A DNA stretch of 41,313 bases from Octopus bimaculoides (GCF_001194135.2 NC_068986.1:14094475-14135787), one strand, 5' to 3'; shown: positions 10,878 to 23,513, numbered from the stretch's first letter. Program-made: numbers and translations. The notes: a model not told the origin generated them from the sequence alone.

Positions 10878-11432
10878 ATACACTCTCTTCTGTTTATCGC
10901 CGCCAACATCAGACCTTGACTCGTACAGGACCATTTGGAATTGCCTTTTTGAACGTTTTCTTCTACAATTCTGTCGAATACCCCATCCAAAATAACTGAT
11001 TTATTTCTTATGTTACAAGTCGAATGCATTTTACTTACAAAACTTGATTTATTCCGACCGGATTGCAAAGTATATCTCACATCGCGTGGAATCTAACAAG
11101 TACGGTCTTGTCTGACATTGATAACAGCACCAACGCTGAAGCCAGCACAAGCAGGACATGTATATATGTATTTATGTATGTATATGTATGTGTGTGTGTG
11201 CGTGCGTGCGTGTGTGTCTGTGTATACATGTATGTGTGTATTGTGTAAAGGAAAATGTAGTCAACACATCGCTACACAGATTTATAGTTATGTTGAGATT
11301 ACAGTTTAAGCAATAAGAATACACTTATAACTAGATAGATAGGTAGATAGAAGGACAGACTGTAATGATAGATAGATAGATAGAAATGTACATATGTGTT
11401 TACGTATATAGCACACGTGTGTATGTGTGTGC

Positions 11433-11476
<44 letters not shown>

Positions 11477-12484
11477 NNNNNNNNNNNNNNNNNNNNNNNN
11501 NNNNNNNNNNNNNNNNNNNNNNNNNNNNNNNNNNNNNNNNNNNNNNNNNNNNNNNNNNNNNNNNNNNNNNNNNNNNNNNNNNNNNNNNNNNNNNNNNNNN
11601 NNNNNNNNNNNNNNNNNNNNNNNNNNNNNNNNNNNNNNNNNNNNNNNNNNNNNNNNNNNNNNNNNNNNNNNNNNNNNNNNNNNNNNNNNNNNNNNNNNNN
11701 NNNNNNNNNNNNNNNNNNNNNNNNNNNNNNNNNNNNNNNNNNNNNNNNNNNNNNNNNNNNNNNNNNNNNNNNNNNNNNNNNNNNNNNNNNNNNNNNNNNN
11801 NNNNNNNNNNNNNNNNNNNNNNNNNNNNNNNNNNNNNNNNNNNNNNNNNNNNNNNNNNNNNNNNNNNNNNNNNNNNNNNNNNNNNNNNNNNNNNNNNNNN
11901 NNNNNNNNNNNNNNNNNNNNNNNNNNNNNNNNNNNNNNNNNNNNNNNNNNNNNNNNNNNNNNNNNNNNNNNNNNNNNNNNNNNNNNNNNNNNNNNNNNNN
12001 NNNNNNNNNNNNNNNNNNNNNNNNNNNNNNNNNNNNNNNNNNNNNNNNNNNNNNNNNNNNNNNNNNNNNNNNNNNNNNNNNNNNNNNNNNNNNNNNNNNN
12101 NNNNNNNNNNNNNNNNNNNNNNNNNNNNNNNNNNNNNNNNNNNNNNNNNNNNNNNNNNNNNNNNNNNNNNNNNNNNNNNNNNNNNNNNNNNNNNNNNNNN
12201 NNNNNNNNNNNNNNNNNTATTCTTATCATTTGAAGTTAAGACATATCTTGACATTTTCTCTCCTTTTTTGTAATCTTTCCACATGATATATTTCTCTCAT
12301 AAACATACATAACACACACATACACATACTCACATACGCGCGCGCACTAACACAAACATTGAGATTCAGTGCATCGCCCCACCACACACCGTACACACAC
12401 TGGACTTCATAATATATACAGAGGTTTAGATACTTATAAATATATGTTTATTTGCAAATATGTTAATTATGTGTGTGTATGTGT

Positions 12485-12910
12485 ATCTTTTATCTTTTAC
12501 TTATTTCATTTATTAGACTGCGGCCATGCTGGGGCACCGCCTTGCAGGTTTTTAGTTGACCGAATCAGCCTCAGTACTTATTTAATTTTGCCGAAGCGTT
12601 AAGTTACGGGGACGTAAGCACAAGATCCGGTTGTGAATCAGTGGTGGGGGACAAAGATACACTTTCTCTCTCTTTCACTCTCTCAAACACACACACACAT
12701 ACACACACACAAACAAACACACACACACACAGATATAGCTATATGACGGTCTTCTTTTGGTTTCCATCTACCAAACCTATTCACATGCTTTGCGTTGGCC
12801 CAAGGCTAAAGTAAGAGATATTTGCCAAATATGTCACGCGTTGGGACTGAACTCAGAGCCATGTATTTGGGAACCAAACTTCGTAGCAAACAGCCACAAC
12901 TGCACCTGTG
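12485..12910 (-). mobile_element. SINE family A, near full length with a central (CT)/(CA) microsatellite
   Basis: Tail 12485-12660 (gactgcggccatgctggggcaccgcc) and head 12741-12910 (gggactgaactc, acagccac). Confidence 0.85.
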
Positions 12911-13020
12911 AAATTTTATGCTTCTTTTTCCTTATTTATTTCCATCTCCTTAATCTTTTATCCCCTTCCTCTATGTCGTAATGTCAATAATATATACCAT
13001 TCTCATTTTCACCCCTATTT

Positions 13021-13076
13021 GTCTCTGATGACCAAATATTCCATACTTGGGGATATCCCAGAAACAGCTGTAAGAC
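13021..13076 (+). ncRNA. Minimal type I hammerhead ribozyme-like motif with intact core, in a Penelope-like terminal remnant (~12915-13150)
   Basis: GTCT CTGATGA [29 nt] GAAAC AGCT GTA AGAC. Stem I GTCT/AGAC perfect, all core nucleotides canonical, GUA triplet, palindromic ACAGCTGT stem III; the base of stem II is mismatched. Confidence 0.7.
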
Positions 13077-13271
13077 TTTGAAATTTTTATTAAATAATAA
13101 TATTGTATACGACTTGCATCAATATCTGTTGTCCTCTTTAACAATTATATATCCCCTGCATCGAAAATCTGCAATGGCGCCATAACTACCGTCACGGCTA
13201 TAAACCTGGAGCCCTAGTAATCCGTTACAGCACTTACCTAGCGTTTAGATCACGTGAAGTAAACCCCCATA

Positions 13272-13274
<3 letters not shown>

Positions 13275-13343
<69 letters not shown>

Positions 13344-13500
13344 TGTAAATGTATTTATGTATATGTATGTATGTATATGTATGTATACGTATATATATAT
13401 GTATACATGCATACGCAAGCACACACGCATTCACGTGCACGCGCACGCGCACGCACACGCGCACGCACACATTCACGCGCACGCGCACGCGCACACACAC
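13275..13500. repeat. (TA)n/(TATG)n then CpG-rich (GCACGC)n-like microsatellite
   Basis: Direct reading. Confidence 0.9.
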
Positions 13501-14104
13501 TACTCACATATATTTGAAATGAGGAAAAGTGACTTCAAATTGATCTTACGATCGTTTCCATGAACGAATGCTATTTATTCCACACTAAAAAAAACCCAAA
13601 AAAAACTATGAATGATAGGTTTCTGATGCCCGAGAGAGATAACTCTGCTATTTGGTGCTGAACCATCTACACAGATGATTTCTTTATGGTAATCAAATGT
13701 CCGTTCTTCTGAACAGTTCTGAGTGCAAGACACTTCGTTTTGGGTTTATCATCAACTCTACTGGGAAGAGTACATATATGAAAACTTCATATACTACATG
13801 GAAAATTATCGCTTATCAAATTAAAAAAAGAGAAAGTTCTGTCAGCTAAATATGATGAATTGAATTAATTTTAATACATTTTTGTTAAAACTGTTGAAGT
13901 AAGATATATTATTAATTTAAGCCATCTCTTCAGATGTTCTATAAAATTAAGAGCCAGTACTGAATGTCACGACGTGTTCTATAAGAATACGTCTATGTAA
14001 ACCGTGCGACCGAAGATAGAATAATAGATAATAGGTGTATATGCATATTCCACCTGTTATCGCCCATTCTTCATTACCGCACCCAACTCATTAATCATCC
14101 ACGA

Positions 14105-14119
14105 AGAGAGAGAGAGAGA

Positions 14120-14172
<53 letters not shown>
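14105..14172. repeat. (GA)n microsatellite
   Basis: Direct reading. Confidence 0.95.
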
Positions 14173-14177
<5 letters not shown>

Positions 14178-15113
14178 AGAAAAAGTGGTGATGACTAGAT
14201 TGAATGCCACTGTGTACGAGATTGTATCTTCTGGATTAATAATTGGATGTAAGACGTATTCAGTTCATTTAGAGTGGTGGGTGATGTTATAAACAGGTTA
14301 TGATGAAATTAACTACAGAAACATAAAGTTAGAGACAGATTAATAAATTGATAGTTAATAGGAAAAGGTAGATTATGAAATCAATAATTAAATAAATATA
14401 ATATACGGAGGATACTAATTGAGTCTAAGTTTGCACAATTCAATGAATGTTCCAGAGGTCTGACTTGACTAAAATCTAATGTAGATTATTAGATACACTA
14501 ATCATAATTATGAAAGACAACGTCAAATGAAATCGTTGTTAGCGGAAACACCTAGAGTTCAATATGAATTAATGATACTCATAGTGAAAATGTTTCGTAT
14601 CACGATGAAATGCGGAAAATGTTTACTAATATACCAGAGACGAATACGAGTATTTATTGCTACTTGATCAGATATATATTTGGTTTTAGATTTTTAAATT
14701 TTCTAACAAAATTGAATGTCTGCAAGGTAAGACAAGTTCTATGTGTCGGTAAACAAGTTAGGGATTGGTGAATGAAACATCATAGAATATATGTGCGAGC
14801 GCCTGTGTTGCGTAAGTGTATATTTAATGGACAGAAATTACAAGGAGTCTCAAGAACGGCGAGTTTTGTGCAAATCACTTATCAAATTGTTTTAAAGTCT
14901 GAGAAGCAATTTGAAAAGTAATAGGGGCGAAACACTCGATTTGCTTTGTAAAATCTACCGATTAAAATCAGTTAAAAAATAACATATATATATTTCTTAT
15001 GGATAAATAATTACAATTTGAGTTATTTTTTTCGTTTGTACCTTATATATACATATACAACAATACATATATATATACATATATACATGTAAGTATATTC
15101 ATATATACATATA

Positions 15114-15152
<39 letters not shown>

Positions 15153-15309
15153 NNNNNNNNNNNNNNNTATATATACACATAGATATATTTATAAACACAC
15201 ATACTCACCATACCCCCGCGCACACACACACAGACACACATACACACATACACACACACACATACACATACTCACATATACATATGATATTTTTTCAGCA
15301 TGTTGCGAA

Positions 15310-15508
15310 TGTCTGCTTGAGACCTATTTGTTTTTTCCTCTCTTCTTTTTATACTTTCTTCCTCATTTCGTTCTGTAGAAGAGCCTATGCTCGATTCATA
15401 AAAGACTTTTGTTTCTGTTTCTCCCGAACGTAAACCTAATACAAAGTTTGATTGTTATGTAATCATCTCTTTCTTTATTTTTGCATCATATATGTGTATG
15501 TGTATGTA

Positions 15509-15539
<31 letters not shown>

Positions 15540-15605
15540 CGTACTGGTCTAACGACCGTCCATGTTTGTTTTCGTTCGGTTTCCTTATATGCATCCACTC
15601 TCATG
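15310..15605 (+). mobile_element. Diverged relative of the 880-1084 element, split by a (TA)n tract
   Basis: ttctgtagaagagcctatgctcgattcataaaagacttt versus the reverse complement ttctgttgaagagcgtagctcgaaacgttaaagacttt; cccgaacgtaaacctaataca versus cccgagcgtcatactaataca. Confidence 0.55.
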
Positions 15606-16720
15606 TTTTTGTCCCTAAATTTGACACTCCATAAATCCTAAATTTATGAGGGAAACTGTCTTTGAAGACTAATTTTATCGTTAAATGTTCGAAATGATGT
15701 GTAGATAAACAGCCGAACAACTGATGAAGAGTCCTTTCTTTGTGTTTACTTGTCCTGTTTTCTCTTTTTCTGTCGTTGTTTATATATTTAACTAGTTTGT
15801 TTACGTATTTCATGCTATTTGCACTGTTGGTGATGTTCTGTAACCACATACGCATGTATATATNNNNNNNNNNNNNNNNNNNNNNNNNNNNNNNNNNNNN
15901 NNNNNNNNNNNNNNNNNNNNNNNNNNNNNNNNNNNNNNNNNNNNNNNNNNNNNNNNNNNNNNNNNNNNNNNNNNNNNNNNNNNNNNNNNNNNNNNNNNNN
16001 NNNNNNNNNNNNNNNNNNNNNNNNNNNNNNNNNNNNNNNNNNNNNNNNNNNNNNNNNNNNNNNNNNNNNNNNNNNNNNNNNNNNNNNNNNNNNNNNNNNN
16101 NNNNNNNNNNNNNNNNNNNNNNNNNNNNNNNNNNNNNNNNNNNNNNNNNNNNNNNNNNNNNNNNNNNNNNNNNNNNNNNNNNNNNNNNNNNNNNNNNNNN
16201 NNNNNNNNNNNNNNNNNNNNNNNNNNNNNNNNNNNNNNNNNNNNNNNNNNNNNNNNNNNNNNNNNNNNNNNNNNNNNNNNNNNNNNNNNNNNNNNNNNNN
16301 NNNNNNNNNNNNNNNNNNNNNNNNNNNNNNNNNNNNNNNNNNNNNNNNNNNNNNNNNNNNNNNNNNNNNNNNNNNNNNNNNNNNNNNNNNNNNNNNNNNN
16401 NNNNNNNNNNNNNNNNNNNNNNNNNNNNNNNNNNNNNNNNNNNNNNNNNNNNNNNNNNNNNNNNNNNNNNNNNNNNNNNNNNNNNNNNNNNNNNNNNNNN
16501 NNNNNNNNNNNNNNNNNNNNNNNNNNNNNNNNNNNNNNNNNNNNNNNNNNNNNNNNNNNNNNNNNNNNNNNNNNNNNNNNNNNNNNNNNNNNNNNNNNNN
16601 NNNNNNNNNNNNNNNNNNNNNNNNNNNNNNNNNNNNNNNNNNNNNNNNNNNNNNNNNNNNNNNNNNNNNNNNNNNNNNNNNNNNNNNNNNNNNNNNNNNN
16701 NNATATATATATATATATAT

Positions 16721-16883
16721 ATATACGGCGGTCTTCTTTCAGTTTGTTTCTACCAAATCCAGTCGCAAGGCTTTAGTCGGCCCAAAGATATAAATATAAG
16801 AAACTTTCCCAATGACACACGCAGTGGACCTGAACGCAGAACCATGTGGGTGGGGCTCAAACTTCTTACCACACAGCCACATA
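16721..16883 (-). mobile_element. SINE family A head half
   Basis: cttctttcagtttgtttctaccaaatcc...ggacctgaacgcagaaccatgtgg...cttaccacacagccac is the reverse complement of the head. Confidence 0.85.
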
Positions 16884-17348
16884 TCGAAAGTAATGTATTA
16901 AATATGTTAAGAATTTACAGAAAACGGAAAACACTTTATTTGTTTGAAATTTTAGCCGTTGCAATGTCTTCGTTAGTTAAAGTTGTAATATCGTGGTGTT
17001 GTAAATAAATGTTCTTTCTTTTTCTCGGTGTAAAATACAAACTAGTGACGAAAATATTACTGGACTCTTTTAGCATAGGAAGCAAACGAAAATTCATTCA
17101 CTATTTACAAGTCTTCCAAACGAATGAATTTTTCTAAAACAGTTGCATGAGTGAATATGTTATTCAGAAAGAATTTTCTAAACACTGCATGAATAACGAT
17201 TCCAGTTGAATGAACGATAAACCAAGTGGATCAGTACGTATTGTAGAAAACTGCAAAACAAACGACTACAAGACTTACTTGAAAAGATTGTCTAGAATTG
17301 ACGATTGTCGTTCAAGAAAGAGAAACAAAGGTTGAAATAGGAGGCATA

Positions 17349-17450
17349 AGTGCAGGTATGGCTGTGTGGTTAAGATGCTTAAGGTAACAAATACGTAACA
17401 CCGGGTGCAGTCCCGCTGCGCGGCATATTGGGTAGGTGTGTTCTACTACC
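17349..17450 (+). mobile_element. SINE family A head fragment
   Basis: gtgcaggtatggctgtgtggttaag...ccgggtgcagtcccgctgcgcggca. Confidence 0.7.
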
Positions 17451-17535
17451 TTTCTGTGAAAATGGTAAAACGCAATGTGTGTGGAACCCTTTTGCACATG
17501 CACACACACACAAACACATTTATATATATACATAC

Positions 17536-17566
<31 letters not shown>

Positions 17567-18334
17567 AACAAATAGTAAATGAGTATATGCATATATACGT
17601 ANNNNNNNNNNNNNNNNNNNNNNNNNNNNNNNNNNNNNNNNNNNNNNNNNNNNNNNNNNNNNNNNNNNNNNNNNNNNNNNNNNNNNNNNNNNNNNNNNNN
17701 NNNNNNNNNNNNNNNNNNNNNNNNNNNNNNNNNNNNNNNNNNNNNNNNNNNNNNNNNNNNNNNNNNNNNNNNNNNNNNNNNNNNNNNNNNNNNNNNNNNN
17801 NNNNNNNNNNNNNNNNNNNNNNNNNNNNNNNNNNNNNNNNNNNNNNNNNNNNNNNNNNNNNNNNNNNNNNNNNNNNNNNNNNNNNNNNNNNNNNNNNNNN
17901 NNNNNNNNNNNNNNNNNNNNNNNNNNNNNNNNNNNNNNNNNNNNNNNNNNNNNNNNNNNNNNNNNNNNNNNNNNNNNNNNNNNNNNNNNNNNNNNNNNNN
18001 NNNNNNNNNNNNNNNNNNNNNNNNNNNNNNNNNNNNNNNNNNNNNNNNNNNNNNNNNNNNNNNNNNNNNNNNNNNNNNNNNNNNNNNNNNNNNNNNNNNN
18101 NNNNNNNNNNNNNNNNNNNNNNNNNNNNNNNNNNNNNNNNNNNNNNNNNNNNNNNNNNNNNNNNNNNNNNNNNNNNNNNNNNNNNNNNNNNNNNNNNNNN
18201 NNNNNNNNNNNNNNNNNNNNNNNNNNNNNNNNNNNNNNNNNNNNNNNNNNNNNNNNNNNNNNNNNNNNNNNNNNNNNNNNNNNNNNNNNNNNNNNNNNNN
18301 NNNNNNNNNNNNNNNNNNNNNNNNNNNNNNNNNN

Positions 18335-18394
<60 letters not shown>

Positions 18395-19226
18395 AACATA
18401 TATATTTGACACATATATATTTGACTGGCGTAAACGAAATCCACTTACAAGGCCATTAGTCTAGTCCCATATTGCCGCCACGCAGCTACCTGTTCCGAAT
18501 CCGATCATCATATAAATTAAACTTATGCTTGCGATAAGCTATCATAAATAAAACAACAAAACCTCTGACCTGTTATTCGAAACTTTACGCTAAGATAAAC
18601 ACTTGTGTGGTTTACAAGCACCTCTAAAATCTAAAAAGTTCACAACGAGGTGTAACTAGGAACCTTTGTTCGTTCTCTAAAACCTATATGCGCTACTTAG
18701 TTCAACACAACTAATCTTCTAATGTCATGACATCTTTACTTATATATATATANNNNNNNNNNNNNNNNNNNNNNNNNNNNNNNNNNNNNNNNNNNNNNNN
18801 NNNNNNNNNNNNNNNNNNNNNNNNNNNNNNNNNNNNNNNNNNNNNNNNNNNNTATATATACATATGTATATATATATATATATATATATCCCTTATTTTA
18901 ATCGATTGCGTAATCTAGAGACAAAAGTTGAAGTCCTATCTTAAGCAGGGTTCTTATCTTCATTTAATCCTTGCAATTTATGACGGTTTCCTTCTCAGCT
19001 TTTAACTATAGAGTTGTTAAGTTCAATTGCTGAACGCAGTAACGATAAGATAAATTCTGTTTTGAGTGGTACATGTCACTGTCGGCGATGACTATGAACT
19101 ATTGAGGTTTATTACTATCAGCTGCCAGGGTGCATTAGTGGTGATTTCAGGTTTAAATAATTTTGCTAACAGTGGCTTTACTGATAGCAGGAGGTACTTG
19201 TATCATTCAATAATGTCAAGTTAAAA

Positions 19227-19595
19227 TTTTGCATTTTGTCTGTCTTTACGTTCAGAGTTCAAATTCCGCCGAGGTCGACTTTGACTTTCAGCCTTTCGGA
19301 GTAGATAAATTAAGTAGCAGCTATGTACTGGTGTCGATGTAATCGACTTAATCCCTTTGTCTGTCCGGGTTTGTCCCCTCTATGTGTAAACTCCCGTGGG
19401 CAATAAAAAAATAAATATTGAGTGGTGGGCAGTTCGTCTCTCTCTTTACGTTCTGAGTTTAATTTCTGCCGAGGTCGACTTTGCCTTGCATCCTTTCGGG
19501 ATCGATAAATTAAGTACCAGTTGCGTACTAAGGTCGATCTAATCGACTGCCCCCTCCCCCAAAATTTCGGGCCTTGTGCCTAGAGTAGAAAAGGA
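19227..19595 (+). mobile_element. SINE family B heterodimer (tail-type 1 monomer 19227-19415, tail-type 2 monomer 19431-19595), heads truncated
   Basis: Both carry gagttcaaattccgccgaggtcgactttg...cctttcgg...gataaattaagtacc. The tails differ: tccctttgtctgtcc...gggcaataaa versus ccccaaaatttcgggccttgtgcctagagtagaaaag. Confidence 0.9.
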
Positions 19596-19601
19596 TATGA
19601 A

Positions 19602-19686
19602 GGCGGCGAGAAACGTTAGCACGCCGGGCGAAATACTTAGCGGTATTTCATTTGTCTTTATGTCCTGAGTTCAAATTCCGCCGAGG
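19602..19686 (+). mobile_element. SINE family B head fragment
   Basis: ggcggcgagaaacgttagcacgccgggcgaaatacttagcgg...gagttcaaattccgccgagg. Confidence 0.85.
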
Positions 19687-19815
19687 ATATTTCGATCGCC
19701 TTTACGTCTTTATTTATAATAAGCATCATTAGTTTTAAATGTGTTTACGTATTTTTTAATGAATTTATGAACGGGGTAGCAATATCTTACTTCTTTCACT
19801 CTCCAGTGCAATATT

Positions 19816-20256
19816 CTTTTCTATTCTATTCTAGGCAGAAGGCCCGAAATTTTGGGGGAGGGGGCCAGTCGATGAGATCGACACCAGTACGCAACTGGTA
19901 GTTAATTTATCAACTCCGAAAGGATGAATGGTACAGTCAACCTCGGCGGAATTTGAACTCAGTACATAAACTCAGACTAATTACCGCTAAGCATTTGGCT
20001 CGGAGCGCTAACGTTTCTTATTTCTTTATTGTCCACAAGGAGCTAAACATAGAGGGGACACACTAGGACAGACAAAGTGATTAAGTCGATTACATCGACC
20101 CCAATGCGCAACTGGTACTTAATTTATCGACCCCGAAGGGATGAAAGGCAAAATAGACATCGGCAGAATTTGAACTCAGAACGTAAAGACAAACGAAATA
20201 CCGCTAAGCATTTCGCCCGGCGTGCTAACGTTTCTGCCAGCTCACCGCCTTTCCCA
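19816..20256 (-). mobile_element. SINE family B heterodimer (type 1 at 20019-20251 fused to type 2 at 19820-20018) with an 11-bp TSD
   Basis: Reverse-complement matches to both monomers; agtgcaatatt at 19805-19815 and 20257-20267. Confidence 0.9.
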
Positions 20257-20719
20257 AGTGCAATATTACATTCTAAATACTATACAGCTATTTTATGTTC
20301 GTCTTTTTGTGTAGTCTAATCTGTCTCTACTAGTTTTATATTTCATGTCAAGCTGTGAAAGATCTCTTCTTTCGCTCTGCCTCGAGACATACATCTTATG
20401 TCTGTCACTTCTTAATGATTTACTCTCAACTTTACAATTTGTGTTTCTGTTCTTGTGTTTATTTTACTTTTACAACATCGTTATGACTTGTGGTCGAGAC
20501 GTCTCTGTTATTTGCATCCACACCGTCCGTCTTGGTATCTTAGTCTTAGGGGCTTTTTTCACTTCCTTCGTTTATCTCAGCATGCTGAATATATTTGCCT
20601 CACTTGACCCCTAACCGACTGACTAAGAAAAACTACTAACGTTGATTGGTTCGAATAAACCGTTCAAGGCGGGGCCCCACGATAGATGTCAGCCAATGAT
20701 TGAAACATAAAAAAATAAG

Positions 20720-21138
20720 TCTTTTTCTTGTTTCAGTCATCAGACTCTGGCCATGCTGGAACATCACCTTGAGGAATTTTAGTCCAAAAAATCGACCCTA
20801 GTACTTATTTTCTTTCTAGGCCTAATACATATTCTATCGGTGCCATTTGTCGAACTGCTACGGTACGGGGGCGTAAACGCACTAACCGGTTGTCAGGTGA
20901 TGTTGGGAGACAAACACAGACTCAATGACACACACACACACACACATGTATATACCAGCACACATATATATATATATATTCATATATATGGTGGGCTTCC
21001 TTCAGTTTTCGCCTATCAAATCTGCTTACAAGGTTAAGGTCTACCCGAGACTATTGTACTAGGCGCTGGATAAAAGTGTCATGCATTAGGACAGGACCCG
21101 AATCCATGTGGTTGGGAAGCAAGCTTCTTATCACACAC
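20720..21138 (-). mobile_element. SINE family A, near full length, diverged
   Basis: tttcagtcatcagactctggccatgctgg tail, central (CA)/(TA) tract, head ccatgtggttgggaagcaagcttcttatcacac. A plus-strand tail fragment abuts it at ~20610-20718. Confidence 0.8.
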
Positions 21139-21193
21139 ACAAACACACACGCATATTCGTGTGTGTGTGCTTCAATGTACGTTTATGTATATC

Positions 21194-21302
21194 TACGACG
21201 AAGTGCCTAAACGTAACCGGAAACGTTCTGTGCGGGACAAGCCCGTTCCGGTTCAGGCTTCCGCCGCTAGAAGCCCTCAGGCATCAGACAACCGACCGGC
21301 GG
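21194..21302 (+). mobile_element. Solo 5' end (TIR plus subterminal region) of the same mariner family as 5949
   Basis: gtaaccggaaacgttctgtgcgggacaagcccg...ttcaggcttccgccgctagaagcc is nearly identical to 5968-6030. Confidence 0.85.
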
Positions 21303-22700
21303 GAACAGTTACAACTCAGTTTGGTCATACACCCTCTCTCTTCCTCTCCATCTCTCGCACTCTCTCTCCCCCTCTCCGTCTCTCTTTCTCTGCATACACA
21401 CACACACACACACGTAGCTGTTGGTGCGCTCCCTACTTTGCGTCTGGTCATTGGATTGTCATCAACTTTTATTTTTTGTTCCTAGTTGTTTAATTGCTCT
21501 CTATTATTTCGTTTTTGGATTTGGTTTGCAAGATTCTTTATGTGAGTTTCTATGTTGAAATATATTCTGTTGTGTCTCAGGAGAGTCATTTTCTTTTAGT
21601 GCCTTATAATTTAACACACACACCGGTAAAATTTCCACTTCTTTCTTTTTTCATTTTTCTAAAATTTTCGTTGCCTCTTGCAACCTTTTCAATAGTTTTG
21701 ACTCCGTCCGTTATTCACACTGTGTTCCTTTTTGTTTGTTTTTGCGCATGTGTGTATATCAGGGTGAGTGTGCCTATACATGCATGCATATATCTATGTG
21801 TGTGTGCATATATATCTATTTATGTATGTACATTTGTATGTATGTATTCTGCATATTCATGTGTTTGCATGTCCGTGTTTATATGTTTTTATGTATGTGC
21901 GTGTGTGTATGTGTGTGTGTATGTGTTTTGCAACTTTATACCGTACTTGTATGTATGTATGTGCATCTCCATATGTGTGGACATGTGTCTCCATATGTGT
22001 CCTTGTGTGAAGTAAAGTGTGTGTGAATATATGGTCACGTGTTCATTTGCGTAAGTGTGCTTGTTTGTTCATATAACCTATGTAACTATCCGTCTGTATA
22101 TTGATCTGTTTACTTTCATATCCTTATGCTTACATACATGTGCATATACATATACATATACATATNNNNNNNNNNNNNNNNNNNNNNNNNNNNNNNNNNN
22201 NNNNNNNNNNNNNNNNNNNNNNNNNNNNNNNNNNNNNNNNNNNNNNNNNNNNNNNNNNNNNNNNNNNNNNNNNNNNNNNNNNNNNNNNNNNNNNNNNNNN
22301 NNNNNNNNNNNNNNNNNNNNNNNNNNNNNNNNNNNNNNNNNNNNNNNNNNNNNNNNNNNNNNNNNNNNNNNNNNNNNNNNNNNNNNNNNNNNNNNNNNNN
22401 NNNNNNNNNNNNNNNNNNNNNNNNNNNNNNNNNNNNNNNNNNNNNNNNNNNNNNNNNNNNNNNNNNNNNNNNNNNNNNNNNNNNNNNNNNNNNNNNNNNN
22501 NNNNNNNNNNNNNNNNNNNNNNNNNNNNNTATATACATATATCTATCTACATAACAGCCCACTAATTGATCTACTCTACTTGTGTTTCTATCGGTTATTC
22601 TTATTTCTTGTTCCCATTTCAAGCTAAAACAAATCCTTGTTAAAAACAATTTTCTCTTTTCTTCGTATCAACTGCGAATTTATATTAACGCAGTGGGAAG

Positions 22701-22880
22701 ATGATGAACCGGTAGAATGCTTAGCATGCCTGGCAAAATGCGTAGCGGCGTTTGTTCCGTATTTACCTCATGGCGTCGTCTTTGCCTTTTGATAAAATGT
22801 GTACCAATTGAGCACTGGATGTCGTTGTAATCGACTTGATCCCTCCCCGAAATTGCTGGCCTTGTGCCAAAATTTGAACT
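22701..22880 (+). mobile_element. SINE family B, old, internally deleted
   Basis: gaatgcttagcatgcctggcaaaatgcgtagcgg...gataaaatgtgtaccaattgagcactgg...gaaattgctggccttgtgccaaaatttga. Confidence 0.7.
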
Positions 22881-23513
22881 CCATATTAATGCTCTCGTCA
22901 ACCAGTGAAGAAAATAAAGTCACTTTCATAATCTTCGCCCTCGTTGATAACGTTCAATGGAATTGTCTACTACAAGAAGTAAATAAAGATGTACAGCATT
23001 CTAACGCACACTACAATCAGGAAATAGATATTGTCGGACCTTCATACATAGAACGAAATAACAGCTGCATCCAACAAGAAGCAAAGAATAGAAAAAAAAA
23101 ACATCTCAAGAAGGAATTATGAAGATACAATTACACCGCTCGCAAAAAAAACAAAACAAAAACAAATAGTCAACCCTATAACATTCAAAGACAACGGAAA
23201 CCACAAATATCACAAATATAGATGAGAATAAAACAACTAAACGTGAGACTCTGAACAACAACAGTAAGAACAACAATAATATTAAATATATAGATTGAAC
23301 AAGCTTCATAAAAACAGAAGACTAGTAATCAATTTCTTCAATGAAAAACATAAAACTAACACCCAAACACGATATACAATAATTACCATCGTCATTATCA
23401 TCACCAACGGTAATAACAATGGCTAGATTACACTCCAATATCCCGAAAGGGGCCTCAAATAATATAAACTGTTGATCTAATAAGATATTTCTCGAAAATA
23501 CCCACAAAATATT

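Noticed and set aside
10745-11080. 111-aa minus-strand ORF
   Set aside because: Partly (CA)n-derived; the remainder has no motif I recognise and only weak splice signals.
13231-13240. TAG|GTAAGTG donor on the minus strand
   Set aside because: No pyrimidine tract or acceptor upstream, and a microsatellite begins ~35 nt away.
13575-13790. ~70-codon minus-strand open frame with a possible acceptor (ctcttcccag)
   Set aside because: No start codon, no good donor and no recognisable homology; RNA-seq would be needed.
22924-22966. Possible 43-nt minus-strand micro-exon (TIPLNVINEGEDYE)
   Set aside because: Weak donor (gtgact), no partner exons, and too short to distinguish from chance. The overlapping plus-strand ORF 22799-23122 begins in a SINE.
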